Source: an uncultured bacterium (GTDB lineage Bacteria; Chloroflexota; UBA5177; JANWHV01). From it: a stretch of DNA of 64,000 nucleotides. Shown here one piece after another: positions 1 through 10,112 of the stretch. The position numbers and the translations under genes were made by a program. The stretch lies in assembly GCA_963729625.1 (NCBI GenBank), contig CAVSOU010000007.1:416001-480000 (forward strand), read 5' to 3'. Position 1 is the stretch's first letter; every line of letters starts with the position of its first letter. The notes under the pieces are model-generated. The model searched no databases. It saw only the letters and a list, made by a program, of their open reading frames with translations, and was not told where the DNA came from.

Positions 1-160
1 TCCCGGGTACGTCCTCCAGCAGGACGTGGCCGTCGCAGAGTAGCGCCACGATCATCAAGAGCACTGTCTGATCCTTGCCCACGATGACCCTGGAAACGTT
101 CGTCTTGACCAGCGACCCAAACTCGGCGAGGGCCGAGGCGCTGGCGCTTTCGATCTCCAT
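1..160 (-). CDS. MoxR-family AAA+ ATPase, 5' part (runs off window start)
   Basis: Manual translation from ATG at 160: [53 protein letters not shown], the MoxR N-terminus leading into Walker A. Confidence 0.85.
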   Translation of the reverse strand, partial: MEIESASASALAEFGSLVKTNVSRVIVGKDQTVLLMIVALLCDGHVLLEDVPG

Positions 161-511
161 TGAGTCAGACCTTCACTTCCGGCCGAACTTCCGCTGCGTT
201 TCCTGGTGCACCGGACTCTCTAGGAGCGTACCCCATCAGCGGTGTCTCCTGACCAGGCTTCGCCGGAGCTTCGCACCCAGGCGACACAGCGGATCGGCGT
301 TCCAGGGCGTGCAGCCGCCAAAGCGTGACAGCGTCACGCAGAGCGCCACTCGGGAGGGGACAGCGGCATTGCCGATGCAGTCGCTCCGACGATGCGATCC
401 GATTACTACCATAACGCTTTCTGACCGCGCCCTGGGAGACAGAAAGATGTCGTGGCTTTTCGGTACGCGGTGGCGACGCGTGGGATCTTCGATCCGCGGC
501 CGCACAGTCGC

Positions 512-1252
512 CTAGCGGCCGCTCCGCCTCAAGAGCATGGTGCGATCGGCCTCAGACAGGTACTTGAGCGCCTCACGAAGGGTCACCCCGGAAGCACGGT
601 GAGCGCGCGGCAGCAGCCAGGAGACCACGACCTCGGGCGAGACCTTAGAGACTTCGCGCAGCACCCAGCCTATCGCCTTGCGTATGAAGAACTCCCGTTC
701 GTCAAGCATCGCGTCCGCATATGCCGCAAAGCGCGCGAATACTTGCTGATCGGCAGTCTTGCGCAGGGGAAGGAGGTACGCAAGCAACGAGGATCTGCGG
801 ACCCAAAAGTCTCGATCGGTCGACCAGCGGTCGAGGTCGGCGGCCAGCGCCGGGTAGCGGTGCACAAGTCCGCCCGTGATGTTGGCGGCCAGGGGATCCA
901 CGAGAGCCCATGTCCGCGATTGGCGAATCATCCGCTCGACCAGAGGAAGATCTTCCCCCATCAGATCATCTAATCGCAGGATCAGCAGCTCGACCGCTGC
1001 CATTCTGCATTCGTGGACCGGTCTGGACCAGAGAGACTCGACCGCGGCACATACCGGATCATGGCCAAGCAGCGGGTGCGCGCGCGCCGCCGACTTGACC
1101 GCCGCCCGTGTGGCCGGCATGCCGGCGCCGAGAAACTCGAGATCGCTTTTCAGATAAGCCTTCTCCGCGACGGCTCGCTCGGGCGAGCCAGCCTCGCGCA
1201 GCGCCTTGTCGAGTCTCTCGGCGAAGGTCGTCGCGCTGACTGACTCACTCAT
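512..1252 (-). CDS. DNA alkylation repair protein (AlkD-like)
   Basis: Motifs AYLKS, TWALVD, DFWVRR, EFFIRKAIGWVLRE; ATG at 1252 preceded by GAGGAGG, overlapping the upstream MFS stop. Confidence 0.85.
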   Translation of the reverse strand: MSESVSATTFAERLDKALREAGSPERAVAEKAYLKSDLEFLGAGMPATRAAVKSAARAHPLLGHDPVCAAVESLWSRPVHECRMAAVELLILRLDDLMGEDLPLVERMIRQSRTWALVDPLAANITGGLVHRYPALAADLDRWSTDRDFWVRRSSLLAYLLPLRKTADQQVFARFAAYADAMLDEREFFIRKAIGWVLREVSKVSPEVVVSWLLPRAHRASGVTLREALKYLSEADRTMLLRRSGR

Positions 1253-2525
1253 CACTGCCTCCTCGTGGCGGTTCGGGGAATTCCGCGAGATGCCGTGTTT
1301 CGTCACGAAGAGTCGTCAAGTTGCGCATCTCCGGCCATTTCCACGCAACGCACAGCACCACGACAAGTGTACCGATCCCGCCGGCGACCACGGCGGAGAC
1401 GGGCCCGAACAGTTGCGCCACGAGGCCGGACTCAAAGCCGCCCAGCTGATTGGATGTGCCGATGAACAGCGAGTTGACGGCGCCGACCCGGCCGCGCATC
1501 TCGTCCGGTGTACGAACGAGCACCAGGGTGCTGCGAATTACCACGCTGATATTGTCGAACGCACCGAGCAAGAACAGCATCGCTATCGACAGCGCAAACG
1601 AGCGCGAGAGGCCGAAAGCTACCGTTGCGACGCCGAAGGCCGCCACAGCCAGCAGCAGCGTGCGGCCCGCCCTGGTGAATTGCGGGCGATGGGCCATGGC
1701 TAGGGCCATGGACACAGCGCCGACGGAGGAAGCAGCTTGTAGCCAACCGAGGCCTTGAGGGCCGGCGTGCAGTATGTCCTTGGCGTATATCGGCAACAAC
1801 GTAGTGGCCCCGCCGAGCAGAACCGCAAACATGTCCAGCGTGATTGCCGCCAGCATTTCTGGAGTTCTCCTGAGAAATACGACTCCATCCAAGAGCGAGC
1901 GCAGCGTATTGCCCCGTTTGATATACGTTTCTTGACGCGTGACGCGAACACCGGCGAGCAGCAGCATGAATGCGATGCTGGCGAGCGCGCTCAGCACGAA
2001 CACCCAGGCGGCCTGCCGGAACAGGCCGACGAGGAAGCCGCCGGCTGCCGGACCAAGAACGGCGGAGAGCTGGAAGGTGCTGCTACGCCAGGTCATGGCA
2101 CTCTCATATGCATCTACCGGTAGTAGCTGCGCCACGATAGCGGAAGTGGCTGGGCCGCCGAACGCCTGCGAGCAGCCAAGCAGCGCCAAGCAGCCGTAGA
2201 TCAGCGCCAGGGCCCCGTTTGCCGCCAAAAGGCCTGCCAACGCCAGCGAGCCGATCGCCGTAGCCGCCTGCGCGGCAAGCACAACGCGTTTGCGGCTATA
2301 GCGATCGACGATGTGGCCAGCCGGAAGGGACAGCAGGATAACTGGGATGATCTGTGCGAGGCCAACTCCCCCCAGAACGAGCGCCGACCCGGTGCGGCTG
2401 TACAGTTCCCAGCCCAGAGCGACGGCCGCCATCTGCTGCCCAAACGACGACAGGAACAGACCAAGCTGAAACAGGCTGAAACTACGATAGCGGAGAGCGC
2501 GATAGGGATCGTGTGCAATGGACAT
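1245..2525 (-). CDS. MFS transporter (MFS_3/DUF894-like)
   Basis: 426 aa, about 12 hydrophobic segments, GHIVDRYSRK motif A, TPDEMRGRV. Confidence 0.9.
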   Translation of the reverse strand: MSIAHDPYRALRYRSFSLFQLGLFLSSFGQQMAAVALGWELYSRTGSALVLGGVGLAQIIPVILLSLPAGHIVDRYSRKRVVLAAQAATAIGSLALAGLLAANGALALIYGCLALLGCSQAFGGPATSAIVAQLLPVDAYESAMTWRSSTFQLSAVLGPAAGGFLVGLFRQAAWVFVLSALASIAFMLLLAGVRVTRQETYIKRGNTLRSLLDGVVFLRRTPEMLAAITLDMFAVLLGGATTLLPIYAKDILHAGPQGLGWLQAASSVGAVSMALAMAHRPQFTRAGRTLLLAVAAFGVATVAFGLSRSFALSIAMLFLLGAFDNISVVIRSTLVLVRTPDEMRGRVGAVNSLFIGTSNQLGGFESGLVAQLFGPVSAVVAGGIGTLVVVLCVAWKWPEMRNLTTLRDETRHLAEFPEPPRGGSDE

Positions 2526-3007
2526 GACAAACTCACATGACCGTCGAGATTGTCAGTACCACGCACTGCTCACCGCCCGACGCGGCAAACACATTATCGT
2601 ATGGCTTGCCCCGGCTCAATTCGAGACAGGAGTGGCACGACAGTTCTCACTGTATTCGCCTGGATACAAGAGGGTCAAGCGAGCCTTAGCCGATCGGCTG
2701 GACGCTGATCGCGGTCGCAGCAACGTCGCGCTGACTGTAGTGCGCTATCTCACCGTCGAGCACGACGGTCCCCGGAATCCTCGCGCTGGCGATTCCCGGC
2801 TCCCCGGGGTGACTGTTTGAGCGATCGGGGACCACAGTACGAAGTTCGGTTGACAACTCCCTGGTAAGTCGCCCATGGTCATGGGGACTATGACTCAGAT
2901 GTGACGCGCACGCCCGCGCGCATTCGGCGAGTCGAGGCGCGCGGTCGGGAAGCACTCTGTTCCCACACAGCCGGAGACCGGCGCTTGCCGGCCAGCAGGG
3001 GGCACGG

Positions 3008-4441
3008 ATGACGGACACGCCGGAGAGGTCCGAGCTCGCCACTAACGCCGGCGAGCAGCTTGGCGCTCGGGAAAGCGCAAGAGTCGCAGCCGAGCTCGAC
3101 CAACTGATCCAGCTGAGGTTGAGCCCGGATAGCATGGCGCTTGAGCTCTATGTCCTGCCCGGCGCCTCCCGACATCCGATGCAAGCACGCCTCGATGCCA
3201 CGTGCCGGCGAGCCGCCGCTCTGGGCGTCACGGCCGCGATCGGCGAAGATGTAGTGCGGCGTGTGCTCGCGTCCGGAGCGGAGAAACAGTGGGCTATTAT
3301 CGCACGCGGAACAGCCCCAGTGCCTCCAGTCAACGGGAGCATCCAGGTGCTCGTACCGTCCGTGCCGCCACTTGGAAAAGACCGCTTCACCGAGCGGCCT
3401 TTCGTACGCCGGGGTGATGCCCTGGTGTCGGTCACGCGCGCCACCGACGGCGTAGCGGGCGTCGACCTCAAAGGAAAGTTGCTCCCGACGACCGCTGCGC
3501 ATCGGCCGGCGATTCCCAATGGCGAGAATACTGCCCTGCTCCAGGATGGCGAGACGCGGAAGGTCGTAGCCGACTGCGATGGCCTTGTTTACTTCGATCG
3601 CATGCAGTTTGGCGTGTATCCGATGCAACGCGTACAGTCGAGCGCACTCCGATACGGTGCGAAAGTCGAATCCTCCCACTCTATCATTGTCCTCGAGAAC
3701 GTGCCCGCTGGAGCAAGAATCGTGTCTCACGGAGACATCTACATTGCCGGCGACGCCGACGACAGCACGCTCATCAGCACTGCCGGATCGATTACCGTGC
3801 TTGGCTGTGTCACGGGCCACTACCAGCGCCACTGCGAGGTACGCGCAAAAGGAGACATCATGGTCGCGTCCGCGCTGCACGTAGACCTCACGAGCGGACA
3901 GGATGTCTATATTCAAACACAGGCTCGAAATGCCACGATTACCGCCGCGCGTAACCTCATCCTGCTGGCTCGGTTGCGAAGCGCCCTCTATGACATCGAT
4001 CTTCGGGTAGAGGGTGCCGTCATGCCGTTCGATACTGCGGCTGCGCCGGCCGACGTCACCCCGGCCGAGCGAATGGCCTTTGACGTAGAATGTGAGCTCC
4101 GCGGTCAGCTCGGTATGCTCGAGGGACAGGTCGTCGCCTTCAAAGACTGCATGATTCATGAGTTGAGCGTAGCCGTCGCGCGTATGACGTTCCTGGACAG
4201 CCCACCGCTCTCGGCCAACAAGACCGTCCACCTCAAGCTCATGCTTCCGAACACGCCCACCATACAGATTCTCGGCCGTACGCTTGTGCCGTCGCACGAT
4301 GGCCGGACGCTGGTGGCTTTCCGGCAGATGACACATCAGGATGAGATGGCCATCACTGCGTACTGTCTGGCCATCGCTCGCTTGCGCATCGGCGAGGCCG
4401 AAGAGGCTGCGGAGGCCGAGAACACCGAGCAACACACTTGA
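3008..4441 (+). CDS. FapA (DUF342)-family protein with C-terminal PilZ-like domain
   Basis: IARGTAPVPPVNG, VRRGDAL, GVDLKG, GENT and G-D-I/G-S-I beta-helix repeats typical of DUF342; the C-terminal ~110 aa have a PilZ-like pattern. Confidence 0.7.
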   Translation: MTDTPERSELATNAGEQLGARESARVAAELDQLIQLRLSPDSMALELYVLPGASRHPMQARLDATCRRAAALGVTAAIGEDVVRRVLASGAEKQWAIIARGTAPVPPVNGSIQVLVPSVPPLGKDRFTERPFVRRGDALVSVTRATDGVAGVDLKGKLLPTTAAHRPAIPNGENTALLQDGETRKVVADCDGLVYFDRMQFGVYPMQRVQSSALRYGAKVESSHSIIVLENVPAGARIVSHGDIYIAGDADDSTLISTAGSITVLGCVTGHYQRHCEVRAKGDIMVASALHVDLTSGQDVYIQTQARNATITAARNLILLARLRSALYDIDLRVEGAVMPFDTAAAPADVTPAERMAFDVECELRGQLGMLEGQVVAFKDCMIHELSVAVARMTFLDSPPLSANKTVHLKLMLPNTPTIQILGRTLVPSHDGRTLVAFRQMTHQDEMAITAYCLAIARLRIGEAEEAAEAENTEQHT

Positions 4442-4692
4442 GCGAGTCAACGGACCGCGTGGCCAGCGGCGCCCCAGAATGGCACCGGCGGCTGGCGAGG
4501 CGGATAGGCGCAGGGCCATCACTCTATGTATGATCCGATGTGGCTTCCCCGCATGCACGAGCGAGGCGTGACAGGCGCCAGACCTGCGTGAGGCTTGCGC
4601 CGCCGCGAGCCGGGACCGCGATCGAGTTCCGGCTCGCGGCGGCGGTCATGTCGCCGCCTTGCGGCGCTCGGCGGTCAGTGGGAGGGACTACT

Positions 4693-5202
4693 GTGAACGT
4701 GTTGGTAGCTGTCGCAAGCCGGCATGGTAGCACGCGCGAAATTGCTCATGCTGTCGCAGACGAGTTGCGCCACGCCGGACATTCGGTCGACGTGAGGGAC
4801 GCCCGGCACGTGGACAACGTCGGGACCTACGACGCCGCGGTCATCGGAAGCGCGATCTACATGGGAAACTGGCTCTCCGAGGGATCGCAGCTGCTGGATC
4901 GTGCGCGGTCCCAGTTGGCAGCGATGCCTGTTTGGCTGTTTAGCAGCGGCCCAATCGGCGACACCGATCCGAAGCCAGAAGGCGACCCCGCTCGAACCGA
5001 CGAGCTCAAACAGTCGATACAGGCCCGCGGCTATCGCAACTTTGTCGGCAAGCTAGACAAGCGTGGCTTGGGCGTTGGCGAACGACTGCTGGTTAGCGTC
5101 GTACGCACACCGTTGGGCGATTTCCGCGACTGGGAGGCGATACGCAGCTGGGCGCACGACATCGCTGCTGCGTTGCAGTCGGCAACTGGCATTGGGGACT
5201 GA
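4693..5202 (+). CDS. Flavodoxin-domain protein (HemG/Flavodoxin_5-like)
   Basis: GTG after GGAGGG; ASRHGSTREIA FMN loop, YDAAVIGSAIY, WLFSSGP, GDFRDWEAI. Confidence 0.88.
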   Translation: MNVLVAVASRHGSTREIAHAVADELRHAGHSVDVRDARHVDNVGTYDAAVIGSAIYMGNWLSEGSQLLDRARSQLAAMPVWLFSSGPIGDTDPKPEGDPARTDELKQSIQARGYRNFVGKLDKRGLGVGERLLVSVVRTPLGDFRDWEAIRSWAHDIAAALQSATGIGD

Positions 5203-5467
5203 CCGCCCTACCAAGCGGAGCTTCGTTACTGGGTGCGCATGCCAATGGCCATATCACGGAATTCCCGCGGCCAAACCGATACCTGCACCCGCCACTTCCC
5301 TCGGGGATCGAACTAGGCACCATAGGCCGCGGCTGCGGCTCGACCTCAACCCCGGTAGGCGCAGCGCATACGCATCCACACCCCCGGCCGCGCAAGTCTT
5401 CGGCCGACGGCGGGTCGGTTCAGCGGCGCATCAGCCAGGTCCCGGCGCAAGCGTGCGCAATCGGCCG

Positions 5468-5773
5468 CTACACAGCGGCGTAAACAGGGGAGCTCAGTAC
5501 TCTCTGGCCGTGGAACTTCGGCGCCTTGTGTTCATCATAGTAGCGAGAAACACGTGTCGATCCGTAGTCATACTCGATGACAAACAGCTCGTATGGGTAC
5601 TTCTCGCTTCGCATCAATAGCTCGGCATCGTGAAGTGTTGTCGTTCCGCCAATATACCCGCACTCGAGCGTCCGTACAGGGCCCTGCGAATAGGCTGTAT
5701 AGTAACCGAACACTCTGCATATGCCTTCGCTGTCACCATCGTTCTGCTGATGATCGGCGTTCACAACAGTCAC
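5468..5773 (-). CDS. Hypothetical Tyr-rich protein or pseudogene fragment
   Basis: 101-aa ORF in a visibly more AT-rich stretch; no recognised motif. Confidence 0.3.
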   Translation of the reverse strand: MTVVNADHQQNDGDSEGICRVFGYYTAYSQGPVRTLECGYIGGTTTLHDAELLMRSEKYPYELFVIEYDYGSTRVSRYYDEHKAPKFHGQRVLSSPVYAAV

Positions 5774-6306
5774 CCCCTAATTCTGGTCTTTCCTCGAGCT
5801 TCCTGCGTTGTAGCTGCCTTGCACCTCCCGCAACTTCACCAGCTCGCGCGCCTATTGGTATCCTTTCCAGTGTCCATAGTCTATACGAACAACGCCGTGC
5901 CCACCAGTGCAGAATGGCACGTTCTTTTCCGCCCACCAGCCTGCTCTTGGGGGAACGCGCGAACCCCGCGAGGTATGGCTTTCGCCGCCAGGCTTGTGTA
6001 GCGGCACATTGGCTCCAGGGAGCAAGGCGATCGCGGTCGCATGCGGCCGGACGGGCGCTCGAGGCATGGCTTTCTCTGCGATCGCCTGCAACGGGCGTTG
6101 CTTAGGGGTTATACTATGCCGCGGGGTTTCCCTGCCGCCGGACGCGACGAAGCTCGCTGGGCCCTGTTGACTGGATGCCCGAGATCCGGTCAGGACGGTA
6201 TGCCGCGTCTATTGGTCTACAATGACCCACATTGCGAGGATCACCGTGCCGCACTTGGACCGTCCGGCTTCCCCCGAGCGGGTTGATCGAGGAGGTTAAG
6301 CACGCA

Positions 6307-7272
6307 GTGACTCTAGTTACAAACCGGCAAGAGGCTCAGGAGTACACGCAGCAGTTTCGGCGTTGCCATGCATGCATGGCAATCTTCTGCACGGCGGCGC
6401 ACTGGAACACCGAAGCGATCCTTCTGGCAGGTCAGCGCATCTCCGAGAAACACAACCTGGCGCAGGTGCCGCTTGCCGTAGCCATGACCTACACCTACCC
6501 GTATATGCCACAGGCCAAGCGCATAACGTACAGCGGCAACGCTCAAGCAGGCTTCATTTCGCAGATGGAACATCTCAGGGCCCTCTGCGGTGGACCTCAC
6601 ACGCCATATGCCAACGTCGTGGTTCTGCCGCATCTCGACCACGCGGATCCGACTAGAGATCGTTGGGCGCTGACCGACGGGTTGCCGTACCTTGCGACAG
6701 TCATGTTCGACGCACAGAAGTACCCGCTCGACGACAATCTGGCATGGACGCGCGACTACGTAGCAACCTATGGGACCCAGGTCCTTGTCGAGGGCATTCT
6801 CGAGGAACTGAGCGTGGCCGGCCAGAAGCATGCCGTGCAGCGTGATGCCTACATCGAAAAGGCCGTGCGCTATGTAGCCGAGACGGGCGTCGACTTCCTG
6901 GTGGCCGATCTGGGGACCGAGCAGCAGTCCGCTCGAGTCGGCGGAGTGCGCTACCTGAAAGAGCGGGCCGTGGAGTTGACGGGTCGCCTGAATGAAGCAC
7001 GCCTCGTGCTCCACGGCACATCCTGCCTCAGCAATGATGACATACACAATCTGGCTACCGATGGGGTCATTCGCGTCAACATGTGGACTCGAATCGTGCG
7101 CGAAGCAGGTCAGGCCGCGGCGAAGAGTCTCGTCGCGCGCTGGGAGGCAATCGAGGCGGGAGAGTTCGAGGCGACCGAGTCCCATCAGTACCTGCACGAC
7201 TCGACCGAAGCCGCGGCGTCGATCATGGTCGAGGTGATGGAAGCGATCGGATACCCTCGGCTGAGTTTCTGA
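6307..7272 (+). CDS. Class II (metal-dependent) ketose-bisphosphate aldolase, divergent
   Basis: GAGGAGG RBS; PHLDH, VMFDA, TGVDFLVADLGT, LVLHGTS, GVIRVN motifs. Confidence 0.75.
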   Translation: MTLVTNRQEAQEYTQQFRRCHACMAIFCTAAHWNTEAILLAGQRISEKHNLAQVPLAVAMTYTYPYMPQAKRITYSGNAQAGFISQMEHLRALCGGPHTPYANVVVLPHLDHADPTRDRWALTDGLPYLATVMFDAQKYPLDDNLAWTRDYVATYGTQVLVEGILEELSVAGQKHAVQRDAYIEKAVRYVAETGVDFLVADLGTEQQSARVGGVRYLKERAVELTGRLNEARLVLHGTSCLSNDDIHNLATDGVIRVNMWTRIVREAGQAAAKSLVARWEAIEAGEFEATESHQYLHDSTEAAASIMVEVMEAIGYPRLSF

Positions 7273-7286
7273 GGAATACTGGGGCA

Positions 7287-8786
7287 ATGAGCCTTCTTGG
7301 CATTGACATCGGCACGACCGGCTGCAAGGCGATCGTCCTTTCCGACGAGGGGAGCCTTCTGGCGATTGCCCAGAGGGAATACGACGTCATCCGTCCGCGG
7401 CCGGGTTGGGCCGAGCTCGACAGCCAGGCCGTTTGGAAGCAAGTCCAGAGCATGATCCGTGAGGTGTCCACCAAGACGGCCTCGGATCCGATCGCGGCCC
7501 TGAGCGTCTCTTCGATGGGTGAGGCGCTTACGCCTGTCTCCCGCGACCGCACCATACTGGGAAACTGTCTGCTCGGCTTCGACAGCCGCGGTGCCGAGAC
7601 AACCGCACGCCTCGGCGCACTGGATCCCGTGATGTTTTTCGAACGCAGCGGCAACCTGGCGGGCCCGACCTACGGCGGTCAGAAACTGATCTGGCTGCGC
7701 GACAATCGTCAAGATCTGTTTAGGCGCACGTACAAGTTTCTGGGGTGGGCCGACCTGGTCGGCTACATGCTTGGAGGCGAGCCGTACACCGACTACTCGC
7801 TTGCGAATCGCAGCCTGTTCTTCGACGTGCAACAGGCACGCTGGTCCGAAGAAACGCTCGAGTACGTGGGGCTACCGCTGCATAAGCTGCCGGACGTCGC
7901 TCAGGCCGGTACGGCGGTCGGAGCCGTGTCACGCGAGGCGGCCGACGAACTTGGGCTGCCGGCCGGGGCACGAATCGTGCTTGGCGCGCACGATCAGTGC
8001 ATGAGTGCCACCGGGGCAGGCGTGATCCGGCATGGGCAGGCCGCCTACGGCCTCGGCACATACATCTGCATCACTCCGGCGTATGCCACGATTCCACCCA
8101 CCGCGGGTCTTCTCGTTCCAAAACTGAACGTAGAGCATCATACAATCCCCGGTCTGTTTGTGAGCTTCTACTATAATTTGTCGGGCGGCGCGGTCCTCAA
8201 GTGGTTCCGCGATACATTCGCGCAGGCCGAGAAGCGAGAAGCCGTTGCCAGCCGGCGTGACGTCTATGACCAGCTGCTGGCTGAAATGCCCGAGAGTCCT
8301 ACGAACATGCTCGTCCTGCCCCATTTCGCGCCCACCGGCCCACCCGATTTCGACCAGCGTCCATACGGCCTGATCGCGGGAGTGACGCTCGAGACGACCC
8401 GCGGCGACTTTATCAAGGCGCTGCTGGAGGGCGTCACGTACTACTTCAGGCAGGGCCTGGAGCAGATGGCGAACGCGGGCATTGCAATCGGGGAGTTTCG
8501 CGTCACGGGTGGCGGCGCGCGATCCAACGCCTGGTTGCAGATCAGCGCGGATATCCTGGGCCGTCCGCTGCTTCGTCCGCGTGTGACTGAGGCAAGCGCC
8601 CTCGGAGCCATCATCCTGGCTGGCGCAGGCAGTGGCGTGTATACGTCAGTTGAGCAAGCTGTCAGCATTTTGGTCAGCATCGATCGTACATTCACGCCCG
8701 ATCCACACAAGCGGGCCGCATACGATGCGTCCTTTGCCCGCTATCTGTTGCTGTACCCGTTCTGCCAGTCGGTGCGCCCAGAGTAG
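7287..8786 (+). CDS. FGGY-family carbohydrate kinase (xylulokinase-like)
   Basis: LGIDIGTTGCKA, GAHDQ, LEGV, TGGGARS, EASALGA. Confidence 0.92.
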   Translation: MSLLGIDIGTTGCKAIVLSDEGSLLAIAQREYDVIRPRPGWAELDSQAVWKQVQSMIREVSTKTASDPIAALSVSSMGEALTPVSRDRTILGNCLLGFDSRGAETTARLGALDPVMFFERSGNLAGPTYGGQKLIWLRDNRQDLFRRTYKFLGWADLVGYMLGGEPYTDYSLANRSLFFDVQQARWSEETLEYVGLPLHKLPDVAQAGTAVGAVSREAADELGLPAGARIVLGAHDQCMSATGAGVIRHGQAAYGLGTYICITPAYATIPPTAGLLVPKLNVEHHTIPGLFVSFYYNLSGGAVLKWFRDTFAQAEKREAVASRRDVYDQLLAEMPESPTNMLVLPHFAPTGPPDFDQRPYGLIAGVTLETTRGDFIKALLEGVTYYFRQGLEQMANAGIAIGEFRVTGGGARSNAWLQISADILGRPLLRPRVTEASALGAIILAGAGSGVYTSVEQAVSILVSIDRTFTPDPHKRAAYDASFARYLLLYPFCQSVRPE

Positions 8787-8881
8787 ATGCCCGTGTCCAA
8801 CCACGGCGCGATAGAGTCCCTGGCGGAAGGTCGTCTGTGCGCTGAGGTTTCCAGGCAGCCGGTGCCGAGACCCTGGAAGTA

Positions 8882-9262
8882 CTATCCGTGCTCGCCCAGG
8901 ACCCGGGCGAGCATTGTCGAAACGTCAAGAAAGCCGAATGGCTTCCTGAGCAGGTAGCAACCGGGCCTGACGCTCGCATTGCGCTTGGTACGGCGCCGGT
9001 CCGCGTCGGCAGTCAGAAGGATCACCGGTAGAGCGGACGTCGACGGATCGCGCCTGACCTCGTCGAGCAGGACCCACCCCGGGTCTCTATCCTTGAGTCG
9101 CACGTCGAGGATCAGCACGTCGGGCATCAGCGTCTTGAGTTGCTCAAGAGCATGATCAGTTGGGCACAGGACCGTGGGTTCATGGCCGTTCTGCTCGATC
9201 ATTTCGCGAAACAGCGTGCGGAGCACTTCGTCGTCGATCATGACCGCTACGCGCCTTGCCAT
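8882..9262 (-). CDS. Single-domain response regulator (receiver)
   Basis: VMIDDE, PDVLILDV, PVILLTA, LRKPF. Confidence 0.85.
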   Translation of the reverse strand: MARRVAVMIDDEVLRTLFREMIEQNGHEPTVLCPTDHALEQLKTLMPDVLILDVRLKDRDPGWVLLDEVRRDPSTSALPVILLTADADRRRTKRNASVRPGCYLLRKPFGFLDVSTMLARVLGEHG

Positions 9263-10112
9263 GCCGCCCAACTCCACGTGCTTTCGACTCGGGCCACCAG
9301 CAGAACATTGGACGCCCGCCACGCCCTGAGATACGCAGCTCGAATGTCGAGCGGGATGACCATCTTGGAGGCTGCGAGCTAGCGGAACTTGGGGCGTGAA
9401 AACGCCATGTGCGCGCCCCGGCTCCGCGCGGATTGCTGCCCATCACGGCCCTCATTATACCGCATTTCGTCTCGGACACGCCGGCCTCGTGCGTCGCCGC
9501 AGAAAGGTCAGCACTCCAGGGCGAAATCGGATCAGTACCAACTATGCTCGAGCCACCGCCGATACCCAGTATCTCGACGAGCGACGTGCCTCAACGCACC
9601 TCGTCTGGATTCATGGCTCCGAGGATAGTGCTGGATGTGTCGAGCCGCGCTTGAGCGTTGGCAGCGCCAGTCGGAGCAACTCGTATCCCATTGGCGGCAC
9701 CGCGTATACCAGCCGGGTGTATCTCGCGTCGTCTTGCCCAACTAGGATCATGGTAGTACCTGATATGGAGTCGTCCATATATCCGGATCGGTCCCTTGCG
9801 AATGCCCCAGCCGCGTCAGGACGGCTTGACCTGGCGCCTCGAGTCGATCGGGTTGTGCAGGGAGGCGTATTCGACGCCGGAAGCAGGTAAGTGCTGACGT
9901 CGGTCGGCGTGGGCGAAGGCGGCCTTGAAGGCACGCTTTGCATGGAGTCAGCGCGCAATAGTCGGGTCCGTGCATTCGAGTACCCAAGATTGGTCACAAT
10001 AATGTGGAGCAGCGGTGTTGGCAGCAGCAAGCCCGATGTCGACGCGGGCACCTTTCTCGACCCGGCAATCGACCCCAAGCTCGATGTCCCGTCGAAAGCG
10101 ACAGTCACCGGA

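Noticed and set aside
165-240. 23-aa minus-strand ORF (MGYAPRESG...) with AGGAG upstream of moxR
   Set aside because: No motif or other support; could be chance
2888-4558. Long antisense ORFs (e.g. 2888-4558, 6313-7287, 57637-59382)
   Set aside because: Shadows of real genes on the opposite strand in GC-rich DNA; no motifs
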